Source: Ignavibacteriales bacterium (lineage in GTDB: Bacteria > Bacteroidota > Ignavibacteria > UBA10030 > UBA6906). Taken from it: DNA of 64,000 bases. This document shows positions 58,906 through 64,000 of the stretch, piece by piece. The stretch covers positions 1 to 64,000 of the forward strand of contig JBBIRR010000014.1 in the NCBI GenBank assembly GCA_037441705.1. The letters are read 5' to 3'. How positions within the stretch are numbered: the first letter of the stretch is position 1; each line of letters starts with the position of its first letter. The notes below the pieces were generated by a model. The model made no database searches. It had not been told where the DNA came from and saw nothing but the letters and a program-made list of their open reading frames with translations. The translations under genes were made by a program, and so were the position numbers.

Positions 58906-59622
58906 ATGGAATCTGCGCTGACGATGGAACGACTTGCCGACGGCGTGTTATGGTATGTCGTATTTCTGTTCTCCACCACGCTGCACGAAGCCGCACATGC
59001 CTTCACGGCGATGAAGTTAGGCGACTACACCGCCTATCATGGCGGGCAGGTGACGCTGAATCCTGCGCCGCACATGCGCCGCGAGCCGTTCGGGACGGTG
59101 ATCATGCCGATACTCTCGTTCTTCATGAGCGGATGGATGATGGGATGGGCAAGTGCACCGTACGACCCACACTGGGCGCTTCGCTATCCACGTCGGGCAG
59201 CCCTCATGTCGCTTGCAGGCCCCGCAGCAAACTTGCTGCTCGTGGTGTGCGCCGGCGTGCTCATCAGACTCGGCATGGCGCTCGGCATTTTCGCCCCTCC
59301 CGAAAGCATTACCTTCATGCATCTCACCGATGCACCCGGCGGCAGCCTCTGGACGCATGCTGCAACGATGGTGAGTGTGTTCTTCTCACTTAATCTTCTG
59401 CTCTTTGCGTTCAACCTTCTGCCCGTCCCGCCGCTGGATGGCAGCGGTGTGCTGCCGCTGTTCATGAGCGAACGGTTGGGCCAAAAGTACATGCGTCTCC
59501 TGTATCGCTCAGGTCTTGCGCTCGTCGGCCTGATTGTCGCGTGGCAGATGTTTGGGTACGTGTACAGACCGCTGCACTTCATTGCCATCAATTTGCTCTA
59601 CCCGGGGCTGCATTATCAGTAA
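58906..59622 (+). CDS. Site-2 protease (M50) family
   Basis: LHEAAHA, TLNP, SLAGPAAN, FNLLPVPPLDG. Confidence 0.9.
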   Translation: MESALTMERLADGVLWYVVFLFSTTLHEAAHAFTAMKLGDYTAYHGGQVTLNPAPHMRREPFGTVIMPILSFFMSGWMMGWASAPYDPHWALRYPRRAALMSLAGPAANLLLVVCAGVLIRLGMALGIFAPPESITFMHLTDAPGGSLWTHAATMVSVFFSLNLLLFAFNLLPVPPLDGSGVLPLFMSERLGQKYMRLLYRSGLALVGLIVAWQMFGYVYRPLHFIAINLLYPGLHYQ

Positions 59623-59675
59623 TCACGCTCATCATATAGTTGGAGTCTCGGTATTGACTTTGCCTGCACCACGCC

Positions 59676-60209
59676 ATGCACCTCGAATCCGCAATCCTCA
59701 AAGAACACTCGAAGCGTAACACCATGCGCATAGCGCGATGGGTGGGGAGCGACCGGCGGCGCTTCGGCCAATTGATGCGCTGTTTCTTGAAAGGTGAGTA
59801 TCGTATCACGCAACGCGCGGCGTGGATCGTCTCGTGCTGTGCTGAACAGCATCCCCAGCTTCTCCTACCCTACCTCGGAAGGATGCTCGATCGGATGATG
59901 GAGCCGGGAGTTCACGTAGCGGTGAAGCGGAACGTCGTTCGCATTCTTCAGTTCATCACTGTTCCGAAGAAGCTGCAGGGAAAGGTGGCAACCATTTGCT
60001 TCGGCCTCCTCACGTCGCAACACGAGCCTGTTGCTGTCCGCTGTTTTTCCATGACCGTCCTTGCCAACATCGCCCGGCAGGAGCCTGAGTTGAAGAGGGA
60101 ACTTCGGCTTGTCATCGAACAGCAACTTCCATGGGGAACTCCGGGCATCAACGCGCGCGGCAAGAGAATCCTCAGGCAGCTGAATCATCTGGGACACGTG
60201 GACTCTTGA
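59676..60209 (+). CDS. HEAT/ARM-like helical hypothetical protein
   Basis: QRAAW, VKRNVVRIL, AVRCFSMTVL helical repeats; clean ORF. Confidence 0.65.
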   Translation: MHLESAILKEHSKRNTMRIARWVGSDRRRFGQLMRCFLKGEYRITQRAAWIVSCCAEQHPQLLLPYLGRMLDRMMEPGVHVAVKRNVVRILQFITVPKKLQGKVATICFGLLTSQHEPVAVRCFSMTVLANIARQEPELKRELRLVIEQQLPWGTPGINARGKRILRQLNHLGHVDS

Positions 60210-60248
60210 TACATGGATTCGCGAACGGGAGTCTCCGTGTGCCGTTTT

Positions 60249-62036
60249 CTAAATCGTGCTCTTCCTTCCTCTGTTCACCTGCTTGAGATACTCCATCAGA
60301 GGCTGGAAGTAGTCCAGCATGGCGCGTGCGCTCAGATCCTGACCCGTGGTTTCTTTGAGGACGGCGCGCCAATCCTTGCTCGCGCCGTGTTTCATGATGC
60401 TGCGCAGAAACGCCGCCACCTCTTTGTTGCCGTAGTAGTTGCACGAACGAGGATCCTGTTTGAGGATCGTGCGCGCGATGTGCTCGTGCAATTGGAACTT
60501 CAACACACACGAGAGGGCATAATCATAATACTGCGCCGGGTCGTCAATGATGTGGGTTTTCGTCGCGGCATCGCAGTATTGCTCGCCGCGTGGTGAGGGC
60601 GGAACGATCCCCTGATACTGCTCTACGTACTGCCACCAACGACTGTTGAACTGATCTTTCGGCAGATCCTGCTCGTAGAGATCGTGTTCGAAGTGCGACA
60701 TCGTTCCGGCGGCAAAGGGGATGAACACGACCGAGCTGCTGGCAAGCGCGTCGTTCAGCAGCCATTGTATCTGATCGATCGTTACGTCCGGCGACATCAG
60801 CCCCACCGCTTCGAGATAGGGCCGCTGCATTGATGCGATCGCCATCAGGTCGCCGATGCCTTCGTGGTAGCTACGGTTTGCTCCGTCGCGCAGCACCAGC
60901 GGCACGTCGGGGTTGGAGTATTCGATGAAATAGTAGATGTGGCCGAGTTCATGATGGGTCGTGCGGAACCAATCGTCGTTCGGCTCCACACTCATCAGTG
61001 AGCGATAGTCATCTTCCAGATTCAGATGCCAGGCCGAGGCGTGGTTGTTCTTCTTGCGTGGCGATCCCGGCTCGACCGGATAGAGGTCGGATTTCTCCCA
61101 GAATGTCTGATTCAACTTCGGGAAGCCCATGCTGACGTAGAAGTTCTCGGCCTGCTGCACAATCCACTCTTTCGACTTGTCCTTGAACAGCGCGTCGAGG
61201 TTCACCGCCTGCACAAGACCCGGCCAGTTCTGCCCCCACCGATTGGGCAGCCAGTGTGCCGGCAACTTTTCGGGCACCGGCTGGTTGTAGCGCCGGGCGA
61301 GTTCGTAGCGCGCGTAGGTATGCAGCTCGCGATAGAGCGGTCGCAGCTCGGCAAGCAGCTTGTTCATCAAGTCCATCATCTCCTGCGTGCTCATGCCGTA
61401 GTCCGCGACCTCAAGCCCGAAGTACGAACTGTAGCCCATCTCGCGCGCAACGCGGTTGCGCAGGTGTTGAAGGTCCGCCAATCCATCCTTCAACTTCATT
61501 CCTACCCCTTTCGAGGTTTCCCACGCCGCGAGCCGTTCGTTGAGGTCCCTCGACTCCTGCAGGATGCGATCAATGTCGTTCGTCGTTACCTTCCTGGGTT
61601 TCCCGTTCCGGACCGTCATCACATACTCGTATCCGTAGAGAACACTCGTCTGTTTTGTGGTAGCGGCGATGAGCGAATCCACCGCAGCAGGGATGGTTCC
61701 GGGGCTATGTGCTGCTGCGAGCCGAATTTTTTCGAGCTGCCGTACCTGAAGCGGGTCCAGCTTTTCTTTCTGCGCGAGAAGTGCCCGTGTTCTTTCGATG
61801 ACTTCGACGCTGCCCTGGAACTTTGCGAGCGCTTTTGTTGCTTCGGTTGCAAGGCTATCATGCCGGTCGCTGATGTCGGTGTTCGCCAGCCACTGTGCTT
61901 TGTTGGCGTCGTACAGAAGTTTCTGATAGTGCGCGGCGTACGATTGCAGAAAGTCTTCCGCCTCGCGCTTCGGATCGCCGGCGCATGAAATCAGGACACC
62001 GGCTGTGCACACAAGAATAAACAGACGAGCAAGCAT
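60249..62036 (-). CDS. M2-family peptidyl-dipeptidase (ACE-like) lipoprotein
   Basis: ATG 62036 after GGAGG; lipobox LISC; LPAHWLPNRWGQNW, HHELGH Zn motif, GANRSYHEGIGD, DAATKTHI. Confidence 0.9.
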   Translation of the reverse strand: MLARLFILVCTAGVLISCAGDPKREAEDFLQSYAAHYQKLLYDANKAQWLANTDISDRHDSLATEATKALAKFQGSVEVIERTRALLAQKEKLDPLQVRQLEKIRLAAAHSPGTIPAAVDSLIAATTKQTSVLYGYEYVMTVRNGKPRKVTTNDIDRILQESRDLNERLAAWETSKGVGMKLKDGLADLQHLRNRVAREMGYSSYFGLEVADYGMSTQEMMDLMNKLLAELRPLYRELHTYARYELARRYNQPVPEKLPAHWLPNRWGQNWPGLVQAVNLDALFKDKSKEWIVQQAENFYVSMGFPKLNQTFWEKSDLYPVEPGSPRKKNNHASAWHLNLEDDYRSLMSVEPNDDWFRTTHHELGHIYYFIEYSNPDVPLVLRDGANRSYHEGIGDLMAIASMQRPYLEAVGLMSPDVTIDQIQWLLNDALASSSVVFIPFAAGTMSHFEHDLYEQDLPKDQFNSRWWQYVEQYQGIVPPSPRGEQYCDAATKTHIIDDPAQYYDYALSCVLKFQLHEHIARTILKQDPRSCNYYGNKEVAAFLRSIMKHGASKDWRAVLKETTGQDLSARAMLDYFQPLMEYLKQVNRGRKSTI

Positions 62037-62092
62037 GTCAATCCTCCATTTGTCAGAGAGAAAAGAGCCGTCGCGCCCGGGCAGCGTCCCGG

Positions 62093-63037
62093 TCACCGGC
62101 GGCGGTTGCGAACGAGCGATGCCGCGATGGCAACGGTGAGCACCAATCCCACGACCGTCAGAGAAACAACAATCGGGACATGAACGAAATCTTCCACCAA
62201 CATCTTGCATCCGATGAACACCAGGATCAGCGACAGCCCGAACTTCAAATAGTAAAACGTATTCATCACGCCTGCCAGCAGAAAGTAGAGCGCGCGCAGG
62301 CCAAGGATGGCAAAGACGTTGGACGAATAGACGATGAACGGATCCCGTGTTATGCCGAAGACGGCCGGAATGGAATCCACGGCAAAAACCACATCGGTGG
62401 TCTCGACCGTTATCAAGACCAGAAACAGCGTCGTGATGTAGATTTTCCCCTGACGTCGGATGATGAAGTTGTGGGAGTCGAAGCCCGGTTCTACGCGAAA
62501 GAATTTTCGCGCGAGGCGGATGAAGATGTTCTTGTCCGGATGGACTTGTTCGCCGCTGCCGAAAGCCATTTTCCATCCGCTGACGATCAGAATGATACCG
62601 AAGACGTACAGAACCCAATCGAACCGAGCGATGAGCACGGCGCCGAGCGCGATGAAGATGCCGCGCATGATGAGCGCGCCCAACACGCCCCAGAACAGGA
62701 CACGGTGGTGGTATTTGGGCGGAACGCCGAAATAGGAGAAGATGACGATGAACACAAAGATGTTATCTACCGAAAGAGCTTTCTCCATCAGATAGCCGGT
62801 GAGGAATTCCAGGCTGACGCGCGTCGCTTCTGCCGCGCTGCCGGTTCTCTCCTTTACCCAAAAATACAACCCGAGATTGAACACCAGCGAGAGCGCAATC
62901 CAGATGACGCTCCAGACGGCGGCTTCCCGTACACTCACCGGCTCGTCTTTGCGGTGGAACACCCCGAGATCGAGGGCGAGAAGAAAAAGGATAAAAATGT
63001 TGAAGAGAATGAAAAGAAGAAGTTCGTTCTGGGGCAT
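62093..63037 (-). CDS. TerC/Alx-family membrane protein
   Basis: EKALSVDNIFVF, LFWGVLGALIMR, ETTDVVFAVDSIPA, SNVFAILGLRALYF. Confidence 0.92.
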   Translation of the reverse strand: MPQNELLLFILFNIFILFLLALDLGVFHRKDEPVSVREAAVWSVIWIALSLVFNLGLYFWVKERTGSAAEATRVSLEFLTGYLMEKALSVDNIFVFIVIFSYFGVPPKYHHRVLFWGVLGALIMRGIFIALGAVLIARFDWVLYVFGIILIVSGWKMAFGSGEQVHPDKNIFIRLARKFFRVEPGFDSHNFIIRRQGKIYITTLFLVLITVETTDVVFAVDSIPAVFGITRDPFIVYSSNVFAILGLRALYFLLAGVMNTFYYLKFGLSLILVFIGCKMLVEDFVHVPIVVSLTVVGLVLTVAIAASLVRNRRR

Positions 63038-63042
63038 CCGGT

Positions 63043-63720
63043 TCAGTCTCCACGTTCGTCAATCTGTGCAGTGAGCCAGCGGGTCATTGCCTGAAGACTT
63101 CGCTCGCTGATTTCGTGCGCCATGGGATATTCATGATACTCGACGCGCGCTCCAGCATCCTCCAGCCTCGAACGAATGATGCGGCTTGCCTCCACGGGAA
63201 TCAGCTCGTCGTACACGCCATGCGCAATGTAGAAGCTCTTTCCGCTGATTTCGCTCCAACGGTATGTCAGATGTGTCCCCTCGGCAAGGTACCCGCTGTT
63301 GGCGATGACACTGCGGAACAAGGACGGTTGACTCAACGCCATCGCCAGCGCCATCACCGTCCCCATGCTGAACCCGAGAAGATACAGATGCCGACGATCA
63401 ATCGGATAGTACCCGAGCGCGTCGTGGATGAACTGCAGCAGCCGATCGCAGCTTTCTCTGAACTGCACGGGATCGGGTTTGCCGGCGTCATAGAAATCGT
63501 ACCACTTGTATCCGCCCCATTCCAACGGGAACGGCGCACGCACGCTGATCGTAAGCAGGCGAGGATCGAGAACCTGCGCGAGGCCGGCAAGGTCATGCTC
63601 GTCGGCGCCGAGGCCGTGTAGCATGATGACGGTGGGATGCGGCGCAGGCGTGTCCGCTTCCGGCTCGAGGACGATGTGATGGAGCGTTGAGGTGATGGGG
63701 ACAATCCGGTTCTGGCTCAT
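63043..63720 (-). CDS. Phospholipase/carboxylesterase (alpha/beta hydrolase)
   Basis: MLHGLGA, LGFSMG nucleophile elbow, AHGVYDELIP, MAHEI. Confidence 0.88.
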   Translation of the reverse strand: MSQNRIVPITSTLHHIVLEPEADTPAPHPTVIMLHGLGADEHDLAGLAQVLDPRLLTISVRAPFPLEWGGYKWYDFYDAGKPDPVQFRESCDRLLQFIHDALGYYPIDRRHLYLLGFSMGTVMALAMALSQPSLFRSVIANSGYLAEGTHLTYRWSEISGKSFYIAHGVYDELIPVEASRIIRSRLEDAGARVEYHEYPMAHEISERSLQAMTRWLTAQIDERGD

Positions 63721-63766
63721 TGAGCTTGTAGGGTATTCGTTTCGAGTTTCGCTATGCCGATTGGTA

Positions 63767-64000
63767 TCATCGTTTTGCTCGCCGGTACTTCTCCTTGTAC
63801 TTCTCGTACAGCATCGTATGCTTGCTTGTGAGATCAATGTTGCGCCCCTGAATGAACTCCATCTCCACCCGTGTTGCAATCTCCAACGGATCACCGTTGG
63901 TCACAATGAGCGTCGCGTCCTTACCGACTTCCAGCGAACCGATGCGGTCGGCCACGCCGAAGATTTGCGCGGAATACAACGTGATGGCTTTGAGCGCTTC
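63767..64000 (-). CDS. Amidohydrolase family protein, C-terminal part (runs off the window)
   Basis: ALKAITLYSAQIFGVADRIGSLEVGKDATLIVTNGDPLE. Confidence 0.8.
   Translation of the reverse strand, partial: EALKAITLYSAQIFGVADRIGSLEVGKDATLIVTNGDPLEIATRVEMEFIQGRNIDLTSKHTMLYEKYKEKYRRAKR

Noticed and set aside
62037-62618. N-terminal extension of the M2 peptidase in the ORF track
   Set aside because: It overlaps TerC in another frame; ATG 62036 has a GGAGG RBS and a lipoprotein signal. Similar over-extensions were trimmed for glgA, the 32096 OMP, rplS, cobB, the HD protein and the esterase.
1-64000. CRISPR arrays, tRNA/rRNA genes, IS elements, prophage genes
   Set aside because: No regularly spaced repeats, cloverleaf motifs, transposase/integrase or phage structural genes seen by eye; a dedicated scan was not possible.

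Overview
Mostly core chromosome of a GC-rich, Shine-Dalgarno-using member of the Bacteroidota/Chlorobi/Ignavibacteria group. This is inferred from PorV, DUF2851, an MqnA-like gene and a C-terminally extended S16. Housekeeping genes include larE, ndh-2, pyrF, maeB, glgA, lon, dnaX, dxr-rseP, ffh-rpsP-khpA-rimM-trmD-rplS, recN, cysS, cobB and pyk, plus many envelope proteins. I saw no rRNA, tRNA, CRISPR array, integrase or transposase. Most notable: (1) a translationally coupled four-gene cassette with its own promoter (secreted Ig-like protein, soluble FecR-domain protein, Ig-Ig-beta-barrel outer-membrane protein, CHASE2 adenylate cyclase) that looks like a trans-envelope cAMP signalling system; (2) an A9 tract in dnaX with nearby stops in both alternative frames, suggesting gamma/tau recoding; (3) two separate toxin-antitoxin loci missed by the ORF track, each with the toxin's middle deleted; (4) an AT-rich two-gene Cys-motif module between recN and cysS; (5) a long hairpin, tandem repeat and consensus sigma54 promoter ahead of a low-complexity lipoprotein/FadL-like pair; (6) terminator-like hairpins just downstream of promoters for dxr and the acylase-pyk operon. 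Family calls come from motif recognition by eye, not database searches.
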